The position numbers and the translations under genes are program-made. The notes beneath the pieces were generated by a model. The model saw only the letters and a program-made list of their open reading frames with translations, did not search any database and was not told the DNA's origin. A stretch of 63,878 nt of DNA, counting the filler, from Intoshia linei (taxonomy: Eukaryota; Animalia; Orthonectida), in the NCBI GenBank assembly GCA_001642005.1. It is 6 parts of 6 records of this genome, joined end to end, with 100 filler letters (N's around TTAATTAATTAA, not from the genome) between each part and the next. Parts side by side here need not be neighbours in the genome. Positions count along the whole stretch, not along the records: positions 1 to 12,002 come from LWCA01001129.1; positions 12,103 to 19,134 come from LWCA01001609.1; 4 more parts are not named here. One strand, 5' to 3'. Position 1 is the first letter of the stretch, and every line of letters starts with the position of its first letter. Positions 1-13,701 of the stretch are shown piece by piece.

Positions 1-25
1 TTTAATATTAAAAAATCAAGATTAC

Positions 26-831
26 CATTCCGATAAACCTCATTTCGTCTGATCTATCTTGCTTGGTACGTAACCGTTGTTCAAATCCTTTCCATAATTT
101 TTGTATTCGTATTGCGGCAACATCGGGATCTAATAACGACGTGTTATTTGAGGCAATTCTGCGTTCTCTTTCTTCTTGTTGCTTAATTTCCAACATAAAT
201 TTAGCTCTCAAACACCCCTGTCGTTTTCTTTCGTTTATTTGAATCAATTGAATAGCTTCTTCTATTGTCATTTCTACTTCATTTTCTTTTTTTTTATCGG
301 TAGGTCCTAGTTTAGATAATATTTGGTCCAATCTTTTTTTTCGTTTATTTAAAATACTCAGCCTGCTTTTAGTAAAATACGTTGGTACAGGTAATTCGAC
401 ATCGTTTGGAGTCAATTTCATATCTGATAATATATCATCAAAATAATGATACTCTGAATGTTCAAGTTCAACCATTTCATTTTTCAATTCCAGTATACGC
501 CCGATTACAGCGTTAATCATAGAATAGAGTAAAATTCGTTTTTGTGGATGAACGATTTGATCACAACATTTTTCCAATTTTTTATAAATTTGAATATACT
601 GAATGTACATTGTTCCAATGGTCTGAAAAGCTGCATTAGGATCCTACATTTCATTTTTAAAATTATTACAAATATATATTTTGTTTTGATTATATTACCA
701 ATTCTGGTTTTACGTTGTCTTTATTTTCGTATATTTGTAAATCATTCAGTGCAATGTGACAGGACGCCCAGATTCGATCATAATAACTAAATTTTAATAT
801 TACATATTTTATTTATCTACCTATGCGACAT
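26..831 (-). CDS. IQCA1: IQ and AAA domain protein / dynein regulatory complex subunit 11, first three exons (continues off the left end)
   Basis: Exons 831-821, 786-699 and 643-26 join in frame via GT-AG introns of 34 and 55 nt: MSHSYYDRIWASCHIAL...DQIVHPQKR...GRILELKNEMVELE..EYHYFDDIL.D.KL...ER.RQG.LRA.FM...AAIRIQKLWKGF (IQ motif). This matches the IQCA1/DRC11 N-terminus. Confidence 0.92.
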
Positions 832-1209
832 TTTTTTCAAATATGTATGGATTGATATGTTTTTGTTTTAGTTTCTTGGATATCTTTATAGTATACACAA
901 TATCCATTTAAATTTTAAATCTAATCAACTTAAAATTTATGTATAATTTTCATGCTTAAATATTTTTATTTTCAATGTTAATTAATACCCAATTGATAGA
1001 ATAAAATGGTATTGTTTATCAATTGGATCTATGATCAGAATTTTAAAACTGTGTCATTTGCTTTATAAATTTATTTTACTTTTTTACCAGAATTCATTTT
1101 TATCCCCATGTAAGTTAATTTAAGTTTTTTAATTATTTTCAAATTATAATAAATATAAAAATGATAATAACAAAGTTGTATTACTTTTAGTAATCGTTGT
1201 TGTAGTGTT

Positions 1210-2050
1210 AATTTAAATTTTTAAAAAATGTTTTGAAAATAAAAATTTGAAATTTAAAAATTGCGTAGCAATGAAAAAAATTTTAAAGGAATGAATTATA
1301 TAGATTTTCACCCATATTTCTATATTGGAAATGTGTAGACGTACAATGCACATTTTTTTTGAAATTGTAGAATCAATATTTACATTTTCAATTTTTATTT
1401 TAATCGAAATATTTGAAAAATATTGGTTGAAATATATTAAAAATTATTTTTCACCGGGAATGCGTAGATTTCTGGGGTTGAAATTTTGTATTTATATAAA
1501 CTGGAATAAGCTCTATGAGAATAATCTTTTGTTTAATTTTAGGACTGTTACTTATTTCACATTTTTTATTTGAATAATATATTTTGGTAAAAAATATATG
1601 AATACTAAAATGCTTTTTTGATCGTGAAGGCGTCACTTATTCAGATTGAATTTTTTTGTGTGTGTAAACATGATACAACTGTACCACCTGTAAATTTTTT
1701 TAAATTCTAGGGCTGTTTTCCTTAAAAAAAAGAGATAATTTTAGGGTTTTGACCTGAGGATATATTTTTTTTAAATTTAAATTTATGATAATATCTATGA
1801 TTTTAAAATCCTTATCAGAGCTGATATATAGAGATTATATATTTTTTTAAATTCTCGAACGCGTTTGATTTTTAAAAAAGGACAATTGGGTTTTTTGACC
1901 CGTAAGATGTGAGTTTGGCAGGTTGAAATATATTTTTCTAACACTCCCGGAAAAACTGTAATTGAAATGTGGACTTTATAAAATTCTAAGACTGGTAGTT
2001 ATTGCAATAAACGATAACACAAACAAATATTGCATAGTATATTATAATAT
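1210..2050 (-). repeat. Copy of a dispersed non-autonomous Helitron-like repeat family
   Basis: Near-identical blocks recur at about 33960-34565, 51590-52140, 22729-23590 (inverted), 54909-55090, 11925-12002 and 63700-63860. Shared words include gtcacttattcggattgaaatttttgtgtgtgttaac and ttttgacccgtaagatgtgagttt. Confidence 0.8.
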
Positions 2051-5000
2051 GCTATGATTATATAAGTACATTTTATTTTTTTCAATATACTAGAACCGTT
2101 TCTTTTCAGTTAAAATTGAAATTTAGCATGTGTACATTTTCAAAAACCGGACGCGTATAATTTTTTGGTATAAAAAAGTGGCCCACCAGATTCAATAGGT
2201 TGCCGACCCCTTGTATTTACGACCATAACGTTCCAATACACGTTGATTTTTTTTGATTATAAGTGATAATTATCGTTATATTTTATCAACTTTCATCGGT
2301 AAAATTATTAGGAGTTAACATTATGTATTTAGCTCTATATATTTTGCTAAAATCACCAAATCTGTCCAATATTCGGATTAAAGACTAGGATTGTGGAATT
2401 TTACCTTAAAGATTTATCTTATGGAAATCTATGTTAATATATTCATTTAATCGATCATTAGTAAATAAATCACGTAATGGAAAAAAAATATTACATTAGA
2501 TGGGGTTAATTAGAAATGACTACTATCATTTCTGAAATATCATTTGCCACTTTTTTATTTCACTAAACAATTTAACTATAAAATTTTTCATGGACCTTTA
2601 AAAAACTGCTGTGGACCACGTTGAGAATGGCTGGTGTAAATAACCGTTATATAAGTTATATATAAGTTAGGATATAAACATTATATTTTGTAATTAATTA
2701 TAAATAAATGTTATAAAAGTTTTAACATTAGGTTATTAAAAAAATCTAAAAAGTGACAGACATTACAGAATAATTTAAGAAGCACGGATTAAATGAGTTG
2801 TTAAGTTTACGTCAAATTACTCATCCAGAGTCTGGATTTCAGACATACAATGTATTTGTTATTAATTAATATATTCAATTTATTATAAACATGTATTAGT
2901 GTATTATAAATTAGATATACAATTTTATTTTATATTTGCTCGACCCTAACTGACCTCATCCTGGTTCATTGATAATACATTCATTTTTTAGTATAATATA
3001 CTTTACATATTTACATACATATATATAATATTTAATATATATAATAATGTTGTAATCCAATAATAGTAAAAAATTTTCAATTATTTTTTCCAAATAACGA
3101 AATTTCATCAACGTTATCATGTATTCATGTTATGAAATAATAATACGTGTCAATTATATCACATAACTCTAAATATAAGTTAATCTAATTTCTATTCTAA
3201 ATATATTTTCATAATAAAGTACAAAACTAATGTTTGCTTAAAATGGTTATCATTTAAATAGACAATTTAAACACTACATTCCTTACATATATTCTTTGCT
3301 TAATTAATGTTTCATACTTGACATCAAATAACACAAGAAGTAATTTATATTTTATCAACTAAATTAAAGGTTATGGCGTAAAATTTCGAATTTGATTAAA
3401 ATTTAAAAATCAACTAAGAAATTTATGACATATAAATAAAAAAATTTTTTTTTAACTCGACACTATTTCATTGAAAAGAAAAAAATTGGTAAAATTAATA
3501 ATTCATATCAGGGATGGTCAGTCACCATTGGTCACTTATTTAAAATTCATAGTCATAGATTAATTTATAAATATTTAATAGATTACCGAAGTATTTATTT
3601 TTTTATATTTAGATTGATTTATACATAATAATGTATAATATTTTTTTTAAATGATATAAAATAAATTTTAAATGGATCCCTGCGATATACATAGAATATG
3701 TATAAAAATTTTGGTATACAATTTTGATAATGCAATTCTGTTTCATATCTATTTACATAAAAACATTAAATTAACAAGACAAACATATATATTGGGGTCA
3801 GCCAAGGACAGCTTAAAACTTTAAATTTAAGTTTAATTTAATTTGAGGTTTAAGCTGTCAGCATAAATTATTTACATGACATGAGGTGCTTGAAATTGTA
3901 TTTAATCTTTTTTTGTAGTGGTATAAGACATTGCGTATATTAGATTTTAAAATTGTAACCTTATTTTCAATGTATTTAAAAATTAGTTAAACTAATTTAC
4001 AAAAAAGGTTTTTGCTGGAAATATATTGTGACTGTCATAAATAAATATATATATAATAATTATACAGTGTATAACTACAAATTAGAGTTCTGCAACACGA
4101 TCCGAAACGATGCAAAGTTCGTTTTCGGATCGTGTTGAATCTATTTTTATATTTCATGTTTTAAATTTTGAACTAACTAATCTTTAACTTCATTTACATG
4201 TTAATTAATTTTTTTTAAATATAATGTTTTGATTAAAGTTTAATCGTGTGGCGGACAAAAAATTTTAGTTTCGTTCGTAGATATGACCTTAACAAGATCT
4301 GATGCAGAAGTCTATTACAAATATCAATATTGTTATGCATATAAAAGAGTCAAATATATTAATTTTACGGATAATTTTATTACTGACATTTTAATATTTA
4401 TACTAACAATTTTTGTTGAAAATAATGAAAATTTTTTACTAAAATACTGACTGTTTCGGTAATTAAACACTGACAAATAAAATACTTCTCAAAATCAAAT
4501 AATTATTGTCTAATTTGTGACTTGCGTCTAACTCAAACCAAAATCAAAAAAATCTTACTCTATGCAATGTGAACCATTTCGTTTTAAAGTTAAAAAATGT
4601 ATACATGCGTTATGATTATTCTTTATGGTGGATTTTAAATTTTGTTTTTTTTGTTAATTATTAAAACTTAATTTAAAAAAAATCTGGATGATCAATAATG
4701 TTGTGTCATGGGATTATATTTACGTCTTCTCGTGTAGATTGTACTGTAAAAAAAATCCCAGAAATTCTTTAAATAACCTATGATTAGGGTAAATTTTGCC
4801 TTTTTTTTTAAAGATAATTTCATAATTGAAATTTTTAGTTTTATTAGATTTACCATAGTTAATTATGTATTTAAAAAATATTAATTACCCAAAATAGTTC
4901 ATTTAATAATTTAAAATATGCAATAATTTTTTGTATAAAATAATATTAATATGGCAATATGGAACCAATTTATGGGTTTCTTAACGTTAAGTCGTTAGGA

Positions 5001-6315
5001 AATATTATGCAGTGATAACATTAATATGTGGACCTATAAATTGGCACGACCACTCGCTTTTTCAGTGATACCCTGTGGTCACATGAACACGTAAGGAAAC
5101 ACTGATCTACAAATGTAAATGTATTATACAATATTGTACCAATAATTAAATGAAGTTTTAAATATTGCATTTGTTTATTCAAGATACCTAATTTTGATTA
5201 GGTTGCTTCTCAGATTTTATATTTTAAACGAATCCATTTGCATTCTGAGAGATACCTTATCAAATGAGAGATATTTATGATAGTTAAGCAAGTGTTCATT
5301 TATTACAAAGTTATTATCAGTATTAATAAGTTACACATACTGGAAATATTGCATAAAACTAACCTTAAAAATTTCATTAAACTAATTATATTACCTACTG
5401 GGTTACTATTTAATTACATAGAAAAGTGGTCCCCAATATATGTGGTAGCCATTTATATAGCTTGTCCCGTTAGCAAGATATCAACATCTGTTTGAAAAAT
5501 AATAAAAAATCAAAATATCAAGTTATAATTTAATAATTAATTAATTTCACAAAACAAAGAATGAATTAACACTTTTAACTACGTTTCACTTTTCCAATAG
5601 TTCGGTTACAAGTAGTACGGACATTTCATGGAAGCATTAACCGTCTTCATTGATATAGACCTGTATATCATACATTAAACTTGTTGCATGAATATGTACT
5701 GATATCTAAAATCAATGTTACATTAAAACAAGTTACATTTTACAATGTACAGAGGTACGAATGTACATTTTTAGTATTATGAATCATTATTTATGATGGG
5801 GTTGTATTCATTTCGAATTTACATGTAGTTATTAACATGTTTTTTTAGATTCAAGAATAGATTAAAGCAAATTTAGATGTGAAAGATAAAATAAGTTATT
5901 CCATTATACTTTCAAATGTAATATAACATAATGTTATCTGTCACATGTAGACGTATTAAATTTAGGATGTATAGTCTTACATTACCATTACTCATGAGAA
6001 CACAAAATAAACTAATCACTCCTGACTGAGGAGTCCTCCGTCATCAATATAAGTGCGTCAAGATCAACCATTAATATTGAAATACAGATTGATAGTCCTA
6101 ATTTTATTAGAAAATGATTGTCAATAATACCCTTAAATAATTAATATATAAACTGTGTTATGGTTGTAGAAAAATTCATATACATATGTATAGTAAAGTT
6201 TCGATACGTTACCACTTTGTCCATGATAGTTGAAATTACAATATCACTATAGTTACGGTATTAATTCAACTAATTAGAGTATACTTATTAGTCGACTCCA
6301 ACAGTGTATTAGAAA

Positions 6316-6742
6316 GGGTGTCTACTTAAATCCAACCATTTTTACTAAAGTCCAACGATTTTTACTAAAAATCAAAATTTACTAACACTAAAAGGAAAAA
6401 TTCAGTTTTAACAACCCTAAAATGAAAAATTCCAGTTTTACCAACCCTAAAAAAAAAAATTCGGTTTATTTACAGTTTTACCTTAAGGGTAGGTAAAACT
6501 AGATTTTTCCATTAAAAGTTGGGAAAACGGGAATTTTTCCTTTTAGGGTTGATAAAAGTGGATTTTTTCCTTAAAGGTTGGTAAAATTGGGATTTTCCTT
6601 AAAGGGCTTTTAAAATCGAATTTTTCATTAAAGATTGGTAAAAGTGGGTTTTACCATAATGATTGGTAAAGTTGGGATTTTTCTCTTAAAGGTTGGTAAA
6701 TTTTGATTTTTAGTAAAAATGGTGGGGTTTAAGAATATTCTC
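6316..6742. mobile_element. Foldback/Mutator-like MITE with modular inverted arms and a 9-bp TSD
   Basis: Arms CTTAAATCCAACCATTTTTACTAAA.../...TTTAGTAAAAATGGTGGGGTTTAAG enclose ~31-bp subrepeats that switch orientation at the centre. TATTAGAAA is duplicated at 6307-6315 and 6743-6751. Confidence 0.8.
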
Positions 6743-7624
6743 TATTAGAAATAAGATGATATTTGTAATACATTTATTACAATGTACAATGTACATTGTA
6801 CATATTCAATCAATATTCATAATGTATTAATATTTACATTATAGTATATTTATCTTTTACTTATATAAAATTATATAAAATATAAAAAAATTTAAAAATT
6901 TTAAACCATAGGAAATATTTGAAAATTTTCAAAAAAAATATTAGCTTTTAATTATTTAAAAAAGATTTAATTGATATTTTTATACAAAATTTATTAGAGT
7001 ATCAACAAAATATAATTATAAAATATACCTTATTTTTATTGTCAATTTCGTGTCAGATAAACTTGGTACACAAATAGAATAGGTGAAAATGGATTTTTTC
7101 CCAATGTTTCTCGTTTATTTCATTTTTAGTGATTAAAAATTCTCGCTTCAGCATAAAAAATATGTAAAACTGAGCATTATAGTGTTATTTTGAATACATG
7201 CAATTGACATTTTAAAATTATTTTTTTCTCTTATCGTATATGTATGGTATGTCTTATTAGAAAACGCAAATTCGATTGATACTGTAGCTTACCATAACAT
7301 ATAAGCTAGACATGTCGGTTTATATAAGGTTTGACTTAATTCAATTTAACTTTAACACGTATTTAAATCATGGAATTGACATTTGTATATCAAATCTAGT
7401 AATTAATTAACTTCAATTTTAAGGCAACATCGAAAAACAATATAAAATAAAAATTTTCTGGATGTACTACTGACATTACACGTAAAATCAACTTTTTCGG
7501 GTTACCTCTAGATGAATCTTGTTCAATATCAAGGATTTAAGTGATAGACATAAATTTCAAAAATTAAGATATAACATCGTATCAATTAAATATATTTAAT
7601 AAAAAAAGTAATAATTAGATAAAT

Positions 7625-8060
7625 TTAAAATTTATTTTTAATTGAACACCACCAAACAAAATCACAAATCATATTTAATGATCTACATCTTCCAAAACGT
7701 CTTTCATATAACATCATAGTTTGATGAAATTGTTCACCCTTTTCGTCTGACCACATACCGCAGTTTAGCGCAAAGAAATCTAAATGAAATTCTAGGTAAT
7801 GCATTTTTATGGTATAAAGGCAGTTCATTTCTTGGTATTTTATCAATAACTCATCGATTAAATCCTTGCCATTTTCAGATCGATTTTTTCAAAAAAAAAA
7901 ATAAGATTACATTTTCCAAAGCATTAAACGCATCTTTTTATTCAGGTTTAAGGGTAGATCGAAAATGTACATCTTTTAATCGTTTTCTAATTTGTGGACC
8001 ATTTAGTATACCAGCCATTAATTTAGTGTCGCTGAGATTAGGAAAAATTTATGATAGTCG
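7625..8060 (-). mobile_element. Degenerate DNA transposase remnant, Chapaev-3/CMC-like
   Basis: Motifs FPNLSDTKLMAGILNGPQIRK and KMHYLEFHLDFFALNCGMWSDEKGEQFHQ..YERRF. The reading frame is disrupted. The superfamily name is from recall. Confidence 0.6.
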
Positions 8061-9789
8061 CAGTAAGTTTGTAGTATACGTGTTCGACATTGTAATTCTT
8101 GATTTAAATCTTGTTTAAATGTTTCGTGAGAATGCAATTATAAAATTAACACATCGGTTTAATTAATTAAAAGATGTAATAAAAACTTTATTTGACATGT
8201 AAAACATGTCACTATGTTTTTTGTGGGTAAAAATTTAATAGAATAATAAAATTACTAATTAAAATATCACCATTTTTAGATCTTCAATTATGAAAATATG
8301 TATATCGTTAGAATCACAAAAATTAGCTGATTATTTTAATATATGTTACATTAAGTTTCTTTTGACAATGTTGGACAGTGTAATAATAAAATCAATCATT
8401 CCAAATACAAAAATCAGTCATAATCGATAAAAATGTCCACTTGTGATAATTTGCATCATTATTTTCGAAATTGAAATTTATAATTTAAAAAATATACATT
8501 TTTACAAATCGAAAAAACTACATACAACTGTATTTATAAAATAACGAATATTAACATGATAATTCACAAAAATGAATTTATTACCCAATTTGTAGATTAA
8601 AATATGAAAATGTGAATTACAGACGATATGAAAGTTATAATTTATGTGTGTAACCTTTCGATTGAATTTGCATTTAAGATTGACCCATATTTTTGTTATT
8701 GGTAAAATTAGAATTGTTTGGTCTAATAGACACAACTGTAGCATGAAATGGTTATCGGAAGAGTAAAAATAAAAATGTTATATATAAATAAAAATGACTC
8801 AATGAATCCCATTCAACTAATGGTAAGCTAGTGTAAAAAATAGTATTATTTTTATTACACAATACTACATGTATATACTGCCCTAATCACTGATTTGTTA
8901 ATAACATTAGATAGCCCAGTTTATTTAATTGTACAGTACACTACATGACATGCAACTATACGATTAAATGGTTTTTCTTTGTTGCAGTTTCACTAGCTAG
9001 CGCAACTTTGTCTACCAGCTGCTGGTTAGTTTTATTGTATAATTAAAGGTCTATTTATATAAAAATAGCTGTCTCAGTTAATTTTTGTTGTTTTCTCCAT
9101 ATATCACCAATGCATATCGTTACTTTTCGAAATATTACCAGATATAATTAATTGGCACCAATTAAACAATTTAAAACCACTACTCCAATATATAGGTAAT
9201 TTTAACATTTTAGTCAATGATGGAATTGCAAATGCATATTTGCGACTGTCTCAAAATTGAATTAATTTCCATCACATATTTAATTTTTTATAAAATGCGT
9301 ATGTGTACTATTTCAAATTTTTATCTTTTAAATTCGTTCGTCTATCTCAAATTTCCCATTTTATCAAACAAATTTAATTTAAATTACTGCCATTATCTGA
9401 CCTTCAATCTTCTCACCAGACTAGTTGAACTTACCTCTTTTTAACTTTTTGTACAAACACATTGATAAGTACTTGGCAAACCATTTGTTCCAAGTGATAA
9501 TGATCATTTTTAACAACAGTGTTATACAATTATCTACAAAATTTCACACATAGATGGAGAAAATTCAGTCATTTTTATTTTTAGACTTTTGGCGAAATTT
9601 TATAAAATTTCAGTTTCAATTAGAATTTTAATTTAAAATTTGTAATTTATTGTAAACTAACATTTTTGGCACTATTTAGTAATTTAAAATAACGCAGATT
9701 CATTAGAGGTCACTTATTTCATTTTTAGAAAATAACGCAATACTAACAAATTATTTTTGAAATACAGTTTCTTAAAACTACAGAAAGAC

Positions 9790-9829
9790 ATGCCACGAAA
9801 AAAACAAACAGATCCACATTATAACCCAG
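9790..9829 (+). CDS. Candidate first coding mini-exon MPRKKQTDPHYNP of an unidentified gene
   Basis: The ATG is preceded by actacag and followed by a strong CAG|gtaatt donor. Downstream exons were not found. Confidence 0.35.
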
Positions 9830-12002
9830 GTAATTTTTATTCAATTCTTATACATGTTGAATCAATTAATAATTCATTCACTATATATTTTTCATACATT
9901 TCAATCAAATTTTGGTCATGAATTGTTGGTTAAATTATAATAAATATTGACACAAGTTATACTTAAAATAAACTCATATCATTTTCAACATCGATAAGGG
10001 TGTACTATTTAGCCTAGGTATAAAAATGTTCTATTGTAATTAAACTTTTGTAACTTTTTTACAAGTTACCTTTGAACTTTTGGTGATACATCAATAGAGT
10101 TAAGTTAATTTTACTACGTTACACTGATATATTTACCTTTTTAAAGTAATAAAGTTTAAATGTATATTTGTTTCGTCAAGCTGATGGTAAATGTTTTTTC
10201 ATTATATACAATTTTGTTCTTGTGTTATCTTAATACATCATTTTATGTACCAACCAAAATCAGCCTACAAATAACGAAGGAGAAGTGTTACATTTCTTAT
10301 AGTTGAAATATTTATGTAGACACATAATTAATATACTATGTAACTGCAGGTTTGCGGAGAGGGGTTGGGTCGTACGACGAGTATACTATTATAAACTAAT
10401 AGATAATATTGGAAAATTTTTTAAGTTTAATTTATTTAAATTTAAAAGGGACATGGGATTTTAGAAAATGAGACTATTATTTTTTTATGAAAGTGATTTC
10501 TATTTTCGGTCATGAAAATGATAATGAAAATTTCTTAGAATGAAATTTAACGTATGTTCGTACCGGAAAAAACTACCCAAGAATTTACGTTTTTTCAATT
10601 TCTGAGAATATCAGATTTCTAAATAAATGGTTACACATACATACCCACTCTTATTTTTAGTAACTTTTATTTTTTATTAGTAAGGATGTCATTTTTATTG
10701 TAACTTTTATTAATATTATAAATTAATCAATAAGTTTTTATTAATGTTAACTACTCATAGTTTGGTATTCTACCTATCGTTTATTTGAATTCATGGCATA
10801 TAGAATTTATTTCAGTAATTTAATTGAGTAACGAGAAAGTAACAATGATTCCATTTAAACTTTTCAATTAAATTATCTTGAAGTATATAGAATTTTAAAA
10901 AATTTTTCTTCAAAATAGGATAATTTTGTTCTTTATAAATAAATGTATATAGTACATGTCATTTTGATAATTATTTTATTTTTTTAATATAAAAAATGGA
11001 TTATTTAACCTTATTGTATCCCACTCATTACATTTATCATTAAATTTTGTTTTATTGTCATGTTAAATGGGTAACACGTTCGATAAGTATATCTTTGATA
11101 AGTTGGAAATTTAATTTTTGTTATTAACAGCATTTTTTTTTGAAAAAGTAAATAAATTTCAATAATTTCAAAGACTTTTGTGTGTCGTAAAATTAAGATA
11201 AAACTTTATCGATTTTTTTTTAGAATTTTTTTTACTTGTGCAAGGTCGTTGAAAAAATGTTTGACGGCAATAATATATTGTATATAACATGTATTATTGT
11301 TAATGATAAGGTTTCCTAACAGTTTTAAAATTCGCACTCACTTTTGTATTCAAAAAAAATTTGTTTTTCCAGCGCAAAAGTAAAAGTAAAACTAATTTTC
11401 TTTAGAATTTGTTAACACCAGATTTTTACACTGTACTCAATAGGGAATAATATCCGATTAATCAATTAATCAAAAAGCCGGTTAATCGCTTACAATAATC
11501 GAAGAAAAATAATCAGAACTTTCGAATAATATTTAGAATAATTGGATTTTCAGAAATTGACCATTATTCTTTTATTCTGCTTGCACTACGTCATTATTCT
11601 GCATGATATTAAAAATATCTAAACCACCATCGTTATCATCACCCGTCAAAGAATTGAGCGACATTCGTGAAATGACAATAATCTTATTCTTCATGTAATC
11701 ACAAATTTGTTTTTCTGCCAAAAGTCCAATCAGACTTTTCATTTCAGTCATTTCATCCAAACTGTCTTGAATGCATTTGACATTTTTTAATTGAAAACAA
11801 ATAATAAATTTACATTCACTAATCAAATTAATAACCAAATCAAATTTTTCTATCGCCAGTAAAGTTTGAATGGACTATTTGACTCGTCTAACCCGAGAGA
11901 TTAGTTTTAAATTAAGTTTAATTAGTCAAAATGCTTTTTTGACCGTGCAGTCATCACTTATTCGGATTGAAATTTTTTGTGTGTGTTAACAGGATACAAC
12001 TG

Positions 12003-12102
12003 NNNNNNNNNNNNNNNNNNNNNNNNNNNNNNNNNNNNNNNNNNNNTTAATTAATTAANNNNNNNNNNNNNNNNNNNNNNNNNNNNNNNNNNNNNNNNNN
12101 NN
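12003..12102. other. Scaffold gap with TTAATTAATTAA six-frame-stop spacer (also 19135-19234, 24475-24574, 36194-36293, 54809-54908)
   Basis: An identical N44-TTAATTAATTAA-N44 block occurs five times, so it is an assembly artefact. Confidence 0.97.
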
Positions 12103-12699
12103 TCTTCTTTTGTATTCCAATCATCAAATATCATACGAATGAAAATTAAACTTGTGTTGTGTCTTTAATGTGAATTGATTCATCAAATTGTAAAGAAAAG
12201 CACTCACATGTTTGGACATCCATTTTTATTTGTTTACATACATCTTTACTAAGTTCTATTCGTCTCATAACAGTATTACATGATAATTGCAAATCTGCAA
12301 ATGCAGATTTTATTATATGTTATTATGAAGGCCTTGAAAAAGATTATCAGAAATTCTGAGAAAACAATCATTTAAAAATTGACCACCTGAAAATGGTTTT
12401 CCATTTTTTGCTAACATGTAGCTCAATTTAAAAGATGAAATCGTTGCTTTTTTTCACTTTTTACAGAATATTGACATTGATTTTTTTTGTCCCAAAATTG
12501 TTTATTAAGGTTATTATTATTATTATATTAAAACAATATAGATAGCGCATAACATTACATGTCATTACATGAACAATTGATCCTGTGATTTGAGTCCTTT
12601 GGTTACATACACGTCTATAATTGATAATTTTATACAGTAATATCTCGATTTAGTTATGTTTGATTACTTAGAATTTTACTTAGATATATTTAGAAACAA

Positions 12700-13335
12700 G
12701 ATTAAGCCAAAAATATTTTTTACAAAAGATTAGAAAGAATTCGCAGAAAAGTAAAATTATTTTTACCATGCATATCATTAGATGAAGATCTCAAAGCAGA
12801 ATATACTAGATGGAAAAAAAAGAACATGATTCAAAGATCACTATCATACAATTAATCGAAAGCTGAAATACCAATTTGTTTCCAAATAGTCATTAACTTT
12901 TAATTATTTTGGCAACATTGCCAATCACCACATGTGAACGTGAACGCTCCATTAGCATTTTGAGAAGATTGAAACCTTTTTAAGATCAACAATGACTGGT
13001 AATCGTCTATGTGGACTGGCCCTCATGAATTGCCACTATAACTATAATTTTTATATTGAAAGTTTGGTTAATGAATTTGCAATACTTCATTTAAGAAGAC
13101 TGGACGTAATTGATTTAGGATTATTTAATGAATTAATTACATTTTGTACTGATCATTTTTTTTATTTTTGCGAAACAATAAAAATTTGGAAACTATTGTA
13201 TAACAACCTTTAAATGAAATTAAAAGAGATGCTTTAAAATCAAACTAGACGCCTTGATATTAAAAGAGATGCCCTAAAAAAATTTATTGATATTGATATT
13301 GCACCCCATTAACTAGCTTTTTGGATCCGCCCCTG
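12700..13335 (+). mobile_element. hAT (Tip100/ZMYM1-PRKRIR-like) 3' remnant: dimerization domain plus TIR
   Basis: LATLPITTCERERSISILRRLK..LRSTMTGNRLCGLALMN is an hATC dimerization motif, here frameshifted. A terminal GGATCCGCCCCTG at 13323-13335 looks like the TIR. Confidence 0.85.
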
Positions 13336-13701
13336 ATACCCATACAACATTGAGAGCCTATCTAATCATATCAAACATGCCTTAATTAATGCAACAATTT
13401 ATATTAAAATGAAAATAGAAAATTAGTTTATTATACCATTAAAATTGTTGATGTTCTTAGATAAACCTTACTTACGAGCCATCTAATCTTTAAAAAATCA
13501 TGTTTCGTCGATAATTTACATAACAATAGAAAATTTTAAATTATCGTATTTTACCATTAGATCCTATTGACTCTACTTAAACTACATTTAAGTTGAACAT
13601 TAGCTATATTTAGAATGTTAAATTCTGTTTGCTTTATAGATACAAAATATACTTGCTAAATAAACACAAAAATTAGATATTTTTACAGTTAATGCATAAG
13701 T

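Noticed and set aside
5160-5710. Exon-like minus-strand segments with splice-like ends
   Set aside because: All frames contain stops and no protein family was recognised.
11572-11900. 88-aa ORF as a host gene
   Set aside because: It has no motifs or splice structure and is probably a decayed transposase fragment.
12003-12102. Identical TTAATTAATTAA motif recurring five times within N runs
   Set aside because: It is an artificial gap spacer with stops in all six frames. The ORF at 36246-36434 running into it is also an artefact.
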